Under the pieces are notes generated by a model. That model saw only the letters and a list, made by a program, of their open reading frames with translations. It searched no databases and was not told the origin of the DNA. From NCBI GenBank assembly GCA_963700145.1, contig OY969474.1, positions 2,784,001-2,848,000 on the forward strand: 64,000 nt of DNA, given 5' to 3'. The position numbers and the translations under genes were made by a program. Shown piece by piece: positions 37,468 through 47,658 of this stretch (position 1 is its first letter; the number at the start of each line of letters is the position of its first letter). Origin of the DNA: an uncultured Acidobacteriota bacterium (GTDB lineage Bacteria; Acidobacteriota; Thermoanaerobaculia; Multivoradales; UBA5704).

Positions 37468-38567
37468 GGCTTCCCCCCGCCCGCCGCGCCGAGGCCGGCG
37501 CGCACGAGCTCGAGCTCCTGGTGATGGCTGCGCGCCGTCAGGGTGTCGCGCACGCGGCTGACGGCGTAAAGGCCGTCGAAGGGATCGGCGGCGCCGCGGA
37601 CCTCGACGATCTGGCCGGGGCGCAGCCGGCGCTGCCCCTGCACGATCTTGAGCGTGCCCAGCCCCGTCGTCGCCTCCGCCGAGCGGGCGGCCTCGGCGAG
37701 CAGCGCGGCGGCCGCCTGCAAGGCCGTGAGCTTCGCCGCCCCGGGCAGGCGTCGCTGCCGGTGGGCCGGCGGCACCACCGCCCCGAGCGGCGGCGCGAGG
37801 GCCGCGATGTCCGGCACGGGGATCGGGATCGCGACCTTCGTCGCGGGGTCGAGGATCACGGCCTGTGGCGCCACGCGTCCCATGGCGTCGAAGCGCAGCT
37901 GGAGCGTCTCGACGTTGCTGCGCCGCCCGAAGCGGACGAGGAGCGCCGGCTGCGCGCGGTCGCCGCGCGGCTCGGGCCCCCAATGCGCGACCGAGGCGCC
38001 GGGCGCCGGCCCCGGATCGAGCGTGAACCGGTAGCCGACGCCCTGGGCGAGCGCCTGCAGGTAGGCGTAGTCCGTGCCGTGCTGGAGGATGGGCGCGGAC
38101 GGCTCGGGCACGTTTACGAGCGGCGGCGGCACGACCGCGGCCGTCACGCCGAAGACCGAGTAGCCGGCGAGGATCACCGCGACGCGCGCCGCGACGGTCA
38201 TGCCGGGGAACGGGCGTCCGCTGCCGTCGCGGAGGTCCATCAAGAGCGTCAGGTCCTCGCCGCCGACGACCAGCTCGCCGTCCTCGGCGCCGGCCGCCAC
38301 CGCGTGGGTGACCGCGACGCCGTCCATCGCCACCACCTGCTCGCCGCACTCTTCGGTCAGCAGGACGACGCGCACTAGGTCGCCGGACTCGGGCAGGAAG
38401 CGGGCCGGCAGCATCGAGCCGCGATCGAGGCGGAAGGTCAGCCGGAAGGAGCCGCGCTCGCCGAGCGCCGCGACGATCTCGACCCTGCCGAGCGCCGCCG
38501 TCACGTCGGCCGGCACCGGCGCCGGCGCGCCGACGCCCGCCAGCAGCGAGAGCTTGCGCACGCTCAT
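37464..38567 (-). CDS. Probable baseplate hub (gp27/late control D-like, eCIS-type)
   Basis: GEDLTLLMD, QHGTDYAYLQALAQGVGY, LRPGQIVEVRG...DGLYAVSRV; overlaps the spike gene start. Confidence 0.7.
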   Translation of the reverse strand: MSVRKLSLLAGVGAPAPVPADVTAALGRVEIVAALGERGSFRLTFRLDRGSMLPARFLPESGDLVRVVLLTEECGEQVVAMDGVAVTHAVAAGAEDGELVVGGEDLTLLMDLRDGSGRPFPGMTVAARVAVILAGYSVFGVTAAVVPPPLVNVPEPSAPILQHGTDYAYLQALAQGVGYRFTLDPGPAPGASVAHWGPEPRGDRAQPALLVRFGRRSNVETLQLRFDAMGRVAPQAVILDPATKVAIPIPVPDIAALAPPLGAVVPPAHRQRRLPGAAKLTALQAAAALLAEAARSAEATTGLGTLKIVQGQRRLRPGQIVEVRGAADPFDGLYAVSRVRDTLTARSHHQELELVRAGLGAAGGGKP

Positions 38568-38586
38568 GCCGCGGGCGCTGCGCCGC

Positions 38587-38964
38587 TCACTTCTCGAAGA
38601 GGCCGAGAATGTTGCCGTCGGGGTCTTTGAACCAGGCGATGCGCTTGCCGTCCGAGCGGCGGGCGACGCCGTTCTCGGTCGTGAGCTCGGGCATGTCGTA
38701 CTCCTCGAAGACGACGCCGCGCTCGCGCAGGCCGGCGAAGACGCGATCGAAGTCGTCGACGACGAAGAAGGCGACGGTGTGCTCGGCGCGCGAGGGCGGG
38801 CGCTGGTAGACGAGGAGCACCGTGCCGCCGCCGGCGCGGAAGGTCAGTGCCCCTTCCTCCTCTTCGGGCTCGGCCTTCAGGCCGAGGGTGTGCTCGTAGA
38901 AGCCGCGGGAGCGGGCGAGGTCGGTGGTCGGCAATGAGGCGTAGACGGGTGCGTTGGCGAGCAT
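38587..38964 (-). CDS. VOC/glyoxalase family protein
   Basis: DLARSRGFYEHTLGL...AWFKDPDGNILGL. Confidence 0.92.
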   Translation of the reverse strand: MLANAPVYASLPTTDLARSRGFYEHTLGLKAEPEEEEGALTFRAGGGTVLLVYQRPPSRAEHTVAFFVVDDFDRVFAGLRERGVVFEEYDMPELTTENGVARRSDGKRIAWFKDPDGNILGLFEK

Positions 38965-38983
38965 GGGTCCCCCTTTCTCGTGG

Positions 38984-39661
38984 TCACCTCTCGTTCGCGC
39001 CGGGCGGCTGGACCAGGATCTTCGCGGCGGCGCGCCAGCCGAGGCTCACGTCCCGGCCGTCGGCGAGGCGGAGATGCACGGTCTCTGCCGTCTCGTCGCG
39101 GGACTCGACGCTCAGGACGCTCCCCGGCACCAGGCCGCTGCGCTCGACCAGGCGCAGGAACTCGGCGCTCTGGTCCCCCACCCGCGCCACCCGGACGGGC
39201 TCCCCGAGCGGGCAGAGCAGCAGGCTCGGCAGGTCGCGCTCGTGGACCAGGCCGGTGGGGCCGGGGATGGGGTCGCCGTGGGGATCCACGGCGGGGTGGC
39301 CGAGCAGCTCGTCGATGCGCTCGATGACCCGCTCGGAGACGGCGTGCTCGAGCTGCTCGGCCTCGCCGTGCACCTCGCTCCAGTCGAGCCCGACGACCTG
39401 CACCAGGAAGAGCTCGATCAGCCGGTGGCGGCGCAGCACGTGGGTGGCGAGCTCGCGGCCGGCGGAGGTGAGCCGCACGCCGCTGTAGGGCTCGTAGCTC
39501 ACCAGGCCGCTGTCGGCCAGGGCCTTGACCATCGCCGTCACCGTGCCGGGGGTGACGCCGAGGCTGGCCGCGATCTGCCCCATCGGCACCAGCGCGCCGG
39601 GCTGCCGGTGCTCCTCGAGCAGGATGCGCTTGAGGTAGTCCTCGACCGTGCTGGTGGGCAC
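38984..39661 (-). CDS. DtxR/MntR family metal-dependent repressor with FeoA domain
   Basis: EDYLK, RRHRLIELFL, EAEQLEH, DPHGDPIP. Confidence 0.96.
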   Translation of the reverse strand: MPTSTVEDYLKRILLEEHRQPGALVPMGQIAASLGVTPGTVTAMVKALADSGLVSYEPYSGVRLTSAGRELATHVLRRHRLIELFLVQVVGLDWSEVHGEAEQLEHAVSERVIERIDELLGHPAVDPHGDPIPGPTGLVHERDLPSLLLCPLGEPVRVARVGDQSAEFLRLVERSGLVPGSVLSVESRDETAETVHLRLADGRDVSLGWRAAAKILVQPPGANER

Positions 39662-39699
39662 GGCGGGAGCCTATCCCGAGGACTGCCGAGGCCCGCGGT

Positions 39700-39744
39700 T
39701 TGACATTTCGGTGTCATCTGCCTATCCTTTTTGACGACTCGAAA
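39700..39744 (+). promoter_or_regulatory. Sigma70 promoter and candidate DtxR-family operator
   Basis: TTGACA-N17-TATCCT at 39700-39728, followed by imperfect palindrome TTTTGA-CGAC-TCGAAA at 39729-39744. Confidence 0.65.
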
Positions 39745-39758
39745 TCAGGTCCTAGACC

Positions 39759-40808
39759 ATGCAAACCCCCCTCTCGCGCCGCGCCCTCCTCTACCTGGCG
39801 GGGGCAAGCGGCGTGGGAGCCGGCCTCGCCGCCGCGGCGTCGCCCCGCCCGCGCCCGGCGGCCGAGCACGGCCACGCGGCGCACGCGATGGCCCACGCGA
39901 TGGGGGTGGTCGGCCGGGTCTCGACGGACGCCTTCGACCCCGCCCTCTTCCTGCGCTCCTGGAACTTCTCGCACCTGCCGGAGGAGGAGCGCTCGCGCTA
40001 CTACCGCGCGACGCCGCGGCCCGACGGGTCGCTGCTGCGCGAGTACGACATCTTCGCCGTCGATCGCGAGGTCGAGATCGCCCCGGGGGTCTTCTTCCCC
40101 GGCTGGACCTTGAACGGCCAGGTGCCGGGCCCGACGATCCGCGCCACCGAGGGGGACCGGATCCGCATCCGGTTCCTCAACCAGGGCTCGCACCCCCACA
40201 CCCTGCACTTCCACGGCTGGCACCCGCCGGGGATGGACGGGTCGCTCCCCGACCAGCAGGTGGCGCCCGGCGACAGCTTCCTCTACGAGTTCGACGCCGA
40301 GCCCTTCGGCGTCCACCTCTACCACTGCCACGCGGTGCCGCTGAAGCGGCACATCCAGAAGGGCCTCTACGGCGCTTTCATCGTCGATCCCAAGACGCCG
40401 CGCCCGCCGGCCGACGAGCTGATCATGGTGATGAACGCCTTCGACACCAACTTCGACGGCGAGAACGAGGTCTACGCTGTCAACACGGTGGCGCACTTCC
40501 ACATGCACGCGCCGATCGCGGTCGAGGTCGGCCGGCTGGTGCGGATCTACGTCGTCAACGTCACCGAGCTCGACCCGATCAACAGCTTCCACCTGCACGG
40601 CATGTTCTTCAAGGTCTACCGCACCGGCACCTCGCTCGAGACGCAGGAGGTGACCGACACGCTGATGCTCTGCCAGGGCGAGCGGGCGATCCTCGAGACC
40701 ACCTTCCGCTACCCCGGCCAGTTCATGTTCCACGCCCACCAGAGCGAGTTCGCCGAGCTCGGCTGGATGGGGTTCTTCGACGCTAAAGGGGGGACCGGTG
40801 AAGCCTGA
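39759..40808 (+). CDS. Two-domain multicopper oxidase, Tat-exported
   Basis: SRRALL; HTLHFHG, YHCHAVPLKRHIQKGL, FHLHG, MFHAH. Confidence 0.9.
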   Translation: MQTPLSRRALLYLAGASGVGAGLAAAASPRPRPAAEHGHAAHAMAHAMGVVGRVSTDAFDPALFLRSWNFSHLPEEERSRYYRATPRPDGSLLREYDIFAVDREVEIAPGVFFPGWTLNGQVPGPTIRATEGDRIRIRFLNQGSHPHTLHFHGWHPPGMDGSLPDQQVAPGDSFLYEFDAEPFGVHLYHCHAVPLKRHIQKGLYGAFIVDPKTPRPPADELIMVMNAFDTNFDGENEVYAVNTVAHFHMHAPIAVEVGRLVRIYVVNVTELDPINSFHLHGMFFKVYRTGTSLETQEVTDTLMLCQGERAILETTFRYPGQFMFHAHQSEFAELGWMGFFDAKGGTGEA

Positions 40809-41973
40809 GACCGGGCGCTCGCTCCTCCTCGCGCTGCTGCCGCTCGTCGTCCTCGCCGCGCTCCTGGTCTGGATCGTCCGCTCCCGCCCGAGCGAGACCC
40901 TGCGCGGCGACGCGCCGCCGGTCGAGGTCCTCCAGATCCAGCGCGTCGAGCTCCGGCCCAACGAGATGCTGGTCTCGGTCCTCAACGACGGCCCCGACCC
41001 CTCGACGATCGCGCAGGTGCAGGTGGACGACGCCTACTGGGCGTTCGAGCAGGACCCGGCCGGACCGCTCGGCCACCTCGACCGCGCGCGGCTGCGCATC
41101 CCCTACCCCTGGGTGCACGGCGAGACGCACGTCGTCCGCCTGGTCACCGCGACCGGGATCACCTTCGACCACGAGGTGGCGGTGGCGCTCGAGACGCCGC
41201 GGCCCGGCTGGCGCACCTTCGGGCTCTTCGCCCTGATCGGCCTCTACGTCGGGATCATCCCGGTGGCGCTGGGCCTGCTCTGGTACCCGCTCGCCCACCG
41301 CCTCTCGCCGCGGGCCATCGACTTTCTGCTGGCGCTGACGCTGGGCCTCCTGCTCTTCCTTCTCGTCGACACCCTGCACGAGGGGCTCGAGGCGGCGGGC
41401 GAGCTGCCGGGGAGCTTCCAGGGGGTGGCGCTCCTGGTCTTCGGCGCCGCGGCGGCCTACCTCGCGCTCGAAGCCCTGGGGGGATGGCTGTCGCGCCGGC
41501 GGAAGGGGTTGGCCGAGGCGGGGTGGGTGACGGCGCTCCTCCTCGCGATCGGCATCGGCCTGCACAACTTCGGCGAGGGGCTGGCGATCGGCGCCGCCCT
41601 GGCGCTCGGCGAGGTGGCGCTCGGCACGCTCCTCATCCTCGGCTTCACGCTGCACAACCTGACCGAAGGGCTGGCGATCGTCGCCCCGATCGCCCGGCTG
41701 CGCGTCGCCCTCGGCCGGCTCATCCTGCTCGGGTTGATTGCCGGCGCCCCGACGATCGCGGGCGCTTGGCTGGGCGGCTTCGTCTACTCGCCGGTCCTGG
41801 CGGTGCTCTTCCTGGCGCTCGGCGCGGGCGCCATCGCGCAGGTCGTGGTGCAGATCACCCGCGGCGTCGCCGGCCAGCGGCCGCTCGCCGCCTATCTCTC
41901 CAGCGCGCCGGTCGTGGCGGGCCTCTTCGCCGGCTTCGCCGTGATGTACGGCACGGGAATGCTCGTCCAGTGA
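40798..41973 (+). CDS. ZIP family metal transporter with N-terminal soluble domain
   Basis: GLHNFGEGLAIG and LHNLTEG. Confidence 0.9.
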   Translation: MKPETGRSLLLALLPLVVLAALLVWIVRSRPSETLRGDAPPVEVLQIQRVELRPNEMLVSVLNDGPDPSTIAQVQVDDAYWAFEQDPAGPLGHLDRARLRIPYPWVHGETHVVRLVTATGITFDHEVAVALETPRPGWRTFGLFALIGLYVGIIPVALGLLWYPLAHRLSPRAIDFLLALTLGLLLFLLVDTLHEGLEAAGELPGSFQGVALLVFGAAAAYLALEALGGWLSRRRKGLAEAGWVTALLLAIGIGLHNFGEGLAIGAALALGEVALGTLLILGFTLHNLTEGLAIVAPIARLRVALGRLILLGLIAGAPTIAGAWLGGFVYSPVLAVLFLALGAGAIAQVVVQITRGVAGQRPLAAYLSSAPVVAGLFAGFAVMYGTGMLVQ

Positions 41974-41983
41974 GGAACCGACG

Positions 41984-42379
41984 ATGACGAAACGCGCTCT
42001 GGTCCTGCCGCTCCTGGCCCTGCTCGCGACCGGCGGCGGTATCGCTCTCGCCCTGCAGGCCCCCGACCCGGCGCCGCGCACGCTGACGCTCGCCGCGCGC
42101 GGCATGTCGTTCTACCTCCCCGGCGACCCCACCCCCAACCCGCGCCTCGTCGTCGGCCGCGCCGAGGCGGTGCGGCTGGTGCTGCGCAACGAGGACAGCG
42201 GCATCCCGCACGACGTCGCGGTCCCGGACAAGAACGGCGAGCGCAAGGCCACCCGCCTCCTGCGCCGCGAGGGCGAGTCGGCAGCTCTCACCTTCCGCGC
42301 CCCCGCGACGGCGGGCGAGTACGAGTACGTCTGCACGTCCCACTCGCGGATGATGCGCGGCGTGCTGGAAGTGCGGTAG
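41984..42379 (+). CDS. Secreted cupredoxin-domain protein
   Basis: PHD...YEYVCTSHSRMMRG type-1 Cu ligands. Confidence 0.88.
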   Translation: MTKRALVLPLLALLATGGGIALALQAPDPAPRTLTLAARGMSFYLPGDPTPNPRLVVGRAEAVRLVLRNEDSGIPHDVAVPDKNGERKATRLLRREGESAALTFRAPATAGEYEYVCTSHSRMMRGVLEVR

Positions 42380-42393
42380 TGCGGTAAGGCGCC

Positions 42394-43947
42394 CTACGGG
42401 TGGCGCCGCCGCCACCACCACCAGAAGACCGAGCCGAGAAGCGGCACCACGACGACCGCCACCGCGGCGATCAGGCGCCCGGGGACCGCGGGCGGCCGCG
42501 GGCCGCCGTCCGGCGCGCCCGGCGCGCCCGGCGTCGCCGCGGCGGCGACGCCGGCGCAGGGGACGGGGTCGAGCGCCGCCAGCTCCTGCGGCGGCCGGAA
42601 CTGCCAGGCCGTGCCGGCCACGGCGAGGAGCGGCCGCCCCTGCGCCGGCGTCCCCTTGAGCAGGCAGTAGATGTCGCCGAGCATCGAGCCGTGGTTGGCG
42701 TAGTAACCGTGGCCGAGGAAGTCGCTCTCGAGCGTCGAGGCGTTGATCGCGTCGAAGCGCTCGACGCCGCGGCTCGCCTCGAGCAGCCCGCCCGCGACCT
42801 GGCCGGCGCGCGGCTCGTCGCTGCGGATGCGGCTCGAGGCGAGCAGCGCCCGGTCGTGGTCCGAGACGTAGAGCGTGACCCGCGACGCCAGCTTCGGCAG
42901 CCTGCGCAGGAAGCGGTTCTTGAAGCGGCTCGCCCAGACGTCGGGGGCCGCCAGGACGAGCTGGTCGACGAGGGGCTCGGGCCGGTCGCCGCGGGCGTAG
43001 AGCGCCTCGGTGACGACGCGGTTGCCCATGCTGTGGGCGATGACGTGGACGCGGCGGATGCCGGCCTCTCTCTTCACCAGGTCGAGGAAGCGGTTGAAGG
43101 CGTCGATCGACTCGAACGAGACGTCGTAGTCGACCCCGTAGGCGTCGAGCGCGCCGCGCGACGGCCAACTGAACAGCATCGGCACGCCGCGGAAGTCCGC
43201 CTCGAGGTCGAAGTCGAGGTCGTAGGCGAGCTGCGCCGCGCGCCGCGCGGCTTGGTCGAAGCTGGTCTGGAAGCCGTGGACGTAGATGAACGCCTGGTCG
43301 CGCCCGGTCGCCTTGAGGTCGCGGGCCCAGGCCGCGGCGTCGGCGTACGACCGCAGCTCGGAGATCACCACGTCGCGGTCCGGGTCCTCGTCGCGCAGGC
43401 TGATGCTGAAGACCTGGAACGGCCGCTCGATCTTCCCGGCCTGGTGGCCGGGCGGGAAGGTGACCTTCAGCGTCCCGACCTCCAGCCCCTCGCTGCCGTC
43501 GGCCGGGAAGCCGCCGTAGTAGGCGCCCGGCTGGCACTCGCCGGGCTCGTCCCACCGCGCCGCCGCCTGCCGCACGCAGGGTCCCGTGCGCGCTCGGTTG
43601 GTGCCGTAGAAGAGCCGGACGAAGCGCAGGGTCTTGTCGACCAGCGGCGGCGGCGCCCCCCGGGCCCGGTCCAAGTCCGGGGGCGCCGTCACCCAGACCG
43701 GAGGCCGCTCCTCCATCGTCGCCTCGACGTCGTCGTCGTCGCCGGGGAGCGCCATGGCCATGTCGTCGTCCTCCCTCTCCGGCGGGGGCGGCGGGGGCGG
43801 CGGCGGGGGTGGAGGGGGAGGAGGAGGAGGCTCCGCCTCCACAGCGCCGGGCGGCGGCGCGGCGCTATCCGGCGCTTGGCTGGAGCACGCCAGCGCCAGG
43901 CAGACCAGCGCCAGGATCGTCAGCGGGCGCACCGCGGAGCTGGACAT
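42394..43947 (-). CDS. DUF900-type alpha/beta hydrolase lipoprotein with poly-Pro linker and C-terminal TM
   Basis: LACS lipobox; FYGTNR, YVHGF, FSWPS, AHSMG, LAAPD, GHGYY. Confidence 0.9.
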   Translation of the reverse strand: MSSSAVRPLTILALVCLALACSSQAPDSAAPPPGAVEAEPPPPPPPPPPPPPPPPPEREDDDMAMALPGDDDDVEATMEERPPVWVTAPPDLDRARGAPPPLVDKTLRFVRLFYGTNRARTGPCVRQAAARWDEPGECQPGAYYGGFPADGSEGLEVGTLKVTFPPGHQAGKIERPFQVFSISLRDEDPDRDVVISELRSYADAAAWARDLKATGRDQAFIYVHGFQTSFDQAARRAAQLAYDLDFDLEADFRGVPMLFSWPSRGALDAYGVDYDVSFESIDAFNRFLDLVKREAGIRRVHVIAHSMGNRVVTEALYARGDRPEPLVDQLVLAAPDVWASRFKNRFLRRLPKLASRVTLYVSDHDRALLASSRIRSDEPRAGQVAGGLLEASRGVERFDAINASTLESDFLGHGYYANHGSMLGDIYCLLKGTPAQGRPLLAVAGTAWQFRPPQELAALDPVPCAGVAAAATPGAPGAPDGGPRPPAVPGRLIAAVAVVVVPLLGSVFWWWWRRRHP

Positions 43948-44022
43948 TTCTTCCCTCGATCTTAAGCCAGGACGCGACGAGCCGCCCCGGGAGCGAACCT
44001 CGCCCCCGGGGCGGTCCGGCGG

Positions 44023-44727
44023 CTACTTGAAGGTGACGAGCACCCGCCGCGCGCCGCAGCCCCGGCGGTCGGCCCGGCCGGTGATCACCTGGTTGAGGCC
44101 CAGGTAGATCGTGCGGCCGTCGCCGGTGCCCGGGATCGCGAACAGGTCCTTCGTCGCCAGGGCTTGCACGCTGTTGTAGGGCTGGCCCCAGCTCACGTAC
44201 TCGTTTCTCACCACGAACTTGAGCGCCCCGTCGGTCAAGGCGAGGTGGTCTTTCACGAGGGGATTGTTGATCGCGGCGGCGTTGCTGCTCCCGTTTACCA
44301 CCGACAGGTCCTCGGCGAGCACCCACAGCTCGGCGTTGTCCGGGGCGTGGGTGCCGGCGTCGCCCGCGAAGCCGTCGTTGGTCGCCGAGTCGCCGACGTT
44401 GACGCTCCAGCCGGCGGGGAGGCCTTCGTACTCGACGACCATGTTGGCCTGCGTGCAGCCGGCGGGGATCGCGATCCGCAGCGTCGCCCGCTTCCAGTTG
44501 GCGGCGGGCGGACAGGCCGCGATCGCCGGTACGGGCGCGATCGCGGTGCAGGCGACCAGGAAGCTGACGTGCGGCGCGAAGGTCGCAGTCGTGCAGTTCT
44601 TGAGGTCGAGGTAGAACTGCCCCGTGGGGCACTGGGCCTCGCCGGCAGCCGGCAGGCCCAGGCCGGCGACGAGGGCGGTGAACAGACACACGACGGTCGT
44701 GCGAATCGATGGCATGGCTCTCTCCAT
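44023..44727 (-). CDS. Secreted hypothetical protein, Cys-containing and beta-rich
   Basis: Signal peptide ending GEA-Q; RBS GGAGG; GC3-rich codons. Confidence 0.75.
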   Translation of the reverse strand: MERAMPSIRTTVVCLFTALVAGLGLPAAGEAQCPTGQFYLDLKNCTTATFAPHVSFLVACTAIAPVPAIAACPPAANWKRATLRIAIPAGCTQANMVVEYEGLPAGWSVNVGDSATNDGFAGDAGTHAPDNAELWVLAEDLSVVNGSSNAAAINNPLVKDHLALTDGALKFVVRNEYVSWGQPYNSVQALATKDLFAIPGTGDGRTIYLGLNQVITGRADRRGCGARRVLVTFK

Positions 44728-44784
44728 TCGTTAGGGGTTACCTCCCTTGAACGAACGCGAGAGCGGAATCCCCTCACACCGCGT

Positions 44785-47139
44785 CTAGAGTTCCAGCCGC
44801 CGCAGCCGCAGGGCGTTGCCGAGGACGGAGAGCGAGCTGAAGCTCATCGCCGCCGCGGCGATCATCGGCGAGAGCAGGAGGCCGGTGAACGGGTAGAGGA
44901 CGCCGGCGGCGATCGGCACGCCGAGGGCGTTGTAGACGAAGGCGAAGAAGAGGTTCTGGCGGATGTTGCGCATCGTCGCCTCGGAGAGGCGGCGGGCGCG
45001 CAGGATGCCGCGCAGGTCGCCCTTGACGAGTGTCACGCCGGCGCTCTCCATCGCCACGTCGGTGCCGGTGCCCATCGCGATCCCCACCTCCGCCTGCGCC
45101 AGGGCCGGCGCGTCGTTGACGCCGTCGCCCGCCATCGCCACCTTCCGCCCCTCGCCCTGCAGGCGCTTGACGACCTCCACCTTCTGCTCCGGCAGCACCT
45201 CGGCGATCACCTCCTCGATCCCCAGCCGCCGCGCCACCGCCTCGGCCGTCGTCTTGCTGTCGCCGGTCACCATCATTACCCGCAGGCCCTGCTCGCGCAG
45301 GGCGCGGAGCGCCTCCTCCGTTCCCTCCTTGATCGGGTCGGCGACGCCGAGGAGCCCGGCCGGACGGCCGTCCACGGCGACGAACATCACCGTCTGCCCG
45401 TCGCGCCGCAGTTCTTCGGCGCGGTCGCCGGGCGCGCCGAGCGCGACGCCCAGCTCGTCCATGAGCGCGCGGTTGCCGAGCGCCACCTGCCGTCCCTCGA
45501 CGGTGCCGCGCACCCCCTTGCCGGTCGCCGATTGGAACTCCTCGGCGCGCCCCGGCTCGACGCCGCGCTCCTCGGCGCCGGCGACGATCGCCGCCGCCAG
45601 CGGGTGCTCGCTGCCGCGCTCCAACCCGGCGGCCAGACGCAGCAGCTCGCGCTCGTCGAAGCCCGCGGCGGGCTCGACCGTCACGAGCCGCGGCTTGCCG
45701 AGGGTGAGCGTGCCGGTCTTGTCCACGACGAGGGTATCCACCTGCCGCAGCACCTCGATCGCCTCGGCGTCGCGGAAGAGGACGCCGGCGGTGGCGCCCT
45801 TGCCGGTCGCCACCATGATCGAGACCGGCGTCGCCAGCCCCAGCGCGCAGGGGCAGGCGATGATGAGGACCGCCACCGCGTTGACGACGGCGTAGGCCAG
45901 CCGCGGCTCGGGCCCGACCAGCGCCCAGACCGCGAAGGTGACGACGGCCGCCAGCACGACGGCCGGCACGAACCAGCCCGACACCTGGTCGGCCAGCCGC
46001 TGGATCGGCGCCCGGCTGCGCTGCGCCTCGCCGACCATGCGGACGATCTGCGCCAGGAGCGTCTCGGCGCCGACGCGCTCGGCGCGGACGACGAGCGCGC
46101 CGGTGCCGTTGACGGTGGCGCCGACGACGCGGTCGCCGGGGTTCTTTTCGACCGGCATCGGCTCGCCGGTCACCATCGACTCGTCCACCGCGCTCGCCCC
46201 CTCCTCGACGACGCCGTCGACCGGCACCTTCTCGCCGGGGCGGACGCGGAGGCGGTCGCCGACCTGCACCTGATCGAGCGGCACGTCCTCCTCGCCGCCG
46301 TCGGGACGGAGGCGGCGCGCGGTCTTGGGCGCCAGGCCGAGGAGGGCCTTGATCGCGGCGCCGGTGCGGCTCCGCGCCCGCAGCTCGAGGACCTGGCCCA
46401 GGAGGACGAGGGTGACGATCACCGCCGCCGCCTCGAAGTAGGCACCGACCTGGCCGTGCGCGTCGCGGAAGGCGGCCGGGAAGAGGCCGGGCGCGAGCCG
46501 CGCGGCGAGGCTGTAGAGGTAGGCCACGCCGACCCCGAGGGCGATCAGCGTGAACATGTTGAGGGCGCGGTGGACGAGCGAGTACCAGCCGCGGATGAAG
46601 AAGGGCCAGCCCCCCCAGAGCACGACCGGCGTGGCGAGGAGGAGCTCGAGCCAGCCGAGGGCCCGGTGCGGCAGGAGCCGCGCGAAGGGGTCGCCCGGCA
46701 GCATCATCCCCATCGCCAGGACGACCAGCGGCAGGGTGAGCACGGCGCTCACCCAGAAGCGCCGCGTCATGTCCCGCAGCTCGGCGTTCTCCTCCTCCCC
46801 GGCCGCCCCCGTCGCCACCCGCGGCTCGAGGCCCATGCCGCAGATCGGGCAGAACCCCGGCCGATCGCGCACGACCTCGGGGTGCATGGGGCACGTCCAC
46901 TCCGTCCCTGCCGCGGGGGCCGCTGCCGCGGGCGGCGGCGGAGACGGCCGGTGGGCGACCGGATGCACGGCGTGCTCCGCTGCGGCCGCACCGCCGCCGA
47001 CATACCGCTCCGGCTGCGCGCGGAACTTCTCCAAACAGCCGGCGCTGCAGAAGAAGTACGTCTTCCCCCCATGTTGGGCGCGGAACCGCGCCTTCTCCGG
47101 ATCCACCGTCATGCCGCAGACCGGATCGAGCGCTGTCAT
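44785..47139 (-). CDS. copA: Cu(I)-translocating P1B-type ATPase with YHS and CPMH metal-binding domains
   Basis: DPVCGM, WTCPMHP, TGE, CPCAL, DKTGT, GDGVND, YN, MSFSS; ATG 47139. Confidence 0.95.
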   Translation of the reverse strand: MTALDPVCGMTVDPEKARFRAQHGGKTYFFCSAGCLEKFRAQPERYVGGGAAAAEHAVHPVAHRPSPPPPAAAAPAAGTEWTCPMHPEVVRDRPGFCPICGMGLEPRVATGAAGEEENAELRDMTRRFWVSAVLTLPLVVLAMGMMLPGDPFARLLPHRALGWLELLLATPVVLWGGWPFFIRGWYSLVHRALNMFTLIALGVGVAYLYSLAARLAPGLFPAAFRDAHGQVGAYFEAAAVIVTLVLLGQVLELRARSRTGAAIKALLGLAPKTARRLRPDGGEEDVPLDQVQVGDRLRVRPGEKVPVDGVVEEGASAVDESMVTGEPMPVEKNPGDRVVGATVNGTGALVVRAERVGAETLLAQIVRMVGEAQRSRAPIQRLADQVSGWFVPAVVLAAVVTFAVWALVGPEPRLAYAVVNAVAVLIIACPCALGLATPVSIMVATGKGATAGVLFRDAEAIEVLRQVDTLVVDKTGTLTLGKPRLVTVEPAAGFDERELLRLAAGLERGSEHPLAAAIVAGAEERGVEPGRAEEFQSATGKGVRGTVEGRQVALGNRALMDELGVALGAPGDRAEELRRDGQTVMFVAVDGRPAGLLGVADPIKEGTEEALRALREQGLRVMMVTGDSKTTAEAVARRLGIEEVIAEVLPEQKVEVVKRLQGEGRKVAMAGDGVNDAPALAQAEVGIAMGTGTDVAMESAGVTLVKGDLRGILRARRLSEATMRNIRQNLFFAFVYNALGVPIAAGVLYPFTGLLLSPMIAAAAMSFSSLSVLGNALRLRRLEL

Positions 47140-47630
47140 TCGATCTCCTCGAGCTTGGCCTTCATCCAGTCGATTTCGGTCTGCTGCGAGGCCACGATGC
47201 CGGCGCACAGCTCCTTGATCTCGGGGTCGCGGATCGGCGCTTGCTCGCACATGAGGAGCGCGCCCGCGTGGTGCGGGATCATCGACTTCAGGAACTGGCG
47301 GTCCGAGATGGCCGACTGCTGCCGGATCAGGAACCAGAAGGCCAGCAGCGCCACCGCGCCGGCGGCGAGGATCAGGCCGTTGAGCTTCGCATTGGGATAC
47401 ATGCCCCACATGAGCGCCAGCTCGAGGACCGCCATGGCGGCGGTCATGAGCCCCGCCATGTAGAACTGGTTGGTGTTGGGCAGCGCGTTGGCGAACCTGT
47501 CGACCATCGCGTACATCAGGACGTACATGCTCGCGAACGACAGCGCGAGCATCGCCAGCAGGCGGACGTAGTGCCCTCCTCGCTGCGCCTTGTCATGCTT
47601 GTCATGTTTGTCCTGCTTCGCGTGCTCCAT
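47136..47630 (-). CDS. DUF305 family protein
   Basis: [16 protein letters not shown]...QQTEIDWM. Confidence 0.9.
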   Translation of the reverse strand: MEHAKQDKHDKHDKAQRGGHYVRLLAMLALSFASMYVLMYAMVDRFANALPNTNQFYMAGLMTAAMAVLELALMWGMYPNAKLNGLILAAGAVALLAFWFLIRQQSAISDRQFLKSMIPHHAGALLMCEQAPIRDPEIKELCAGIVASQQTEIDWMKAKLEEIE

Positions 47631-47658
47631 GTCGCACCTCCGGCGCCCATCCGGCGCC

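Noticed and set aside
36961-38567. Prophage
   Set aside because: No integrase, terminase, capsid, sheath or lysis genes in the window.
43981-44016. Intrinsic terminator
   Set aside because: A strong GC hairpin is present but there is no U-tract, so function cannot be assigned.
44164-47463. 1099-aa plus-strand ORF (similarly 11359..14136, 55011..58655, 61148..63946)
   Set aside because: Shadow or alternate frames overlapping well-supported genes.
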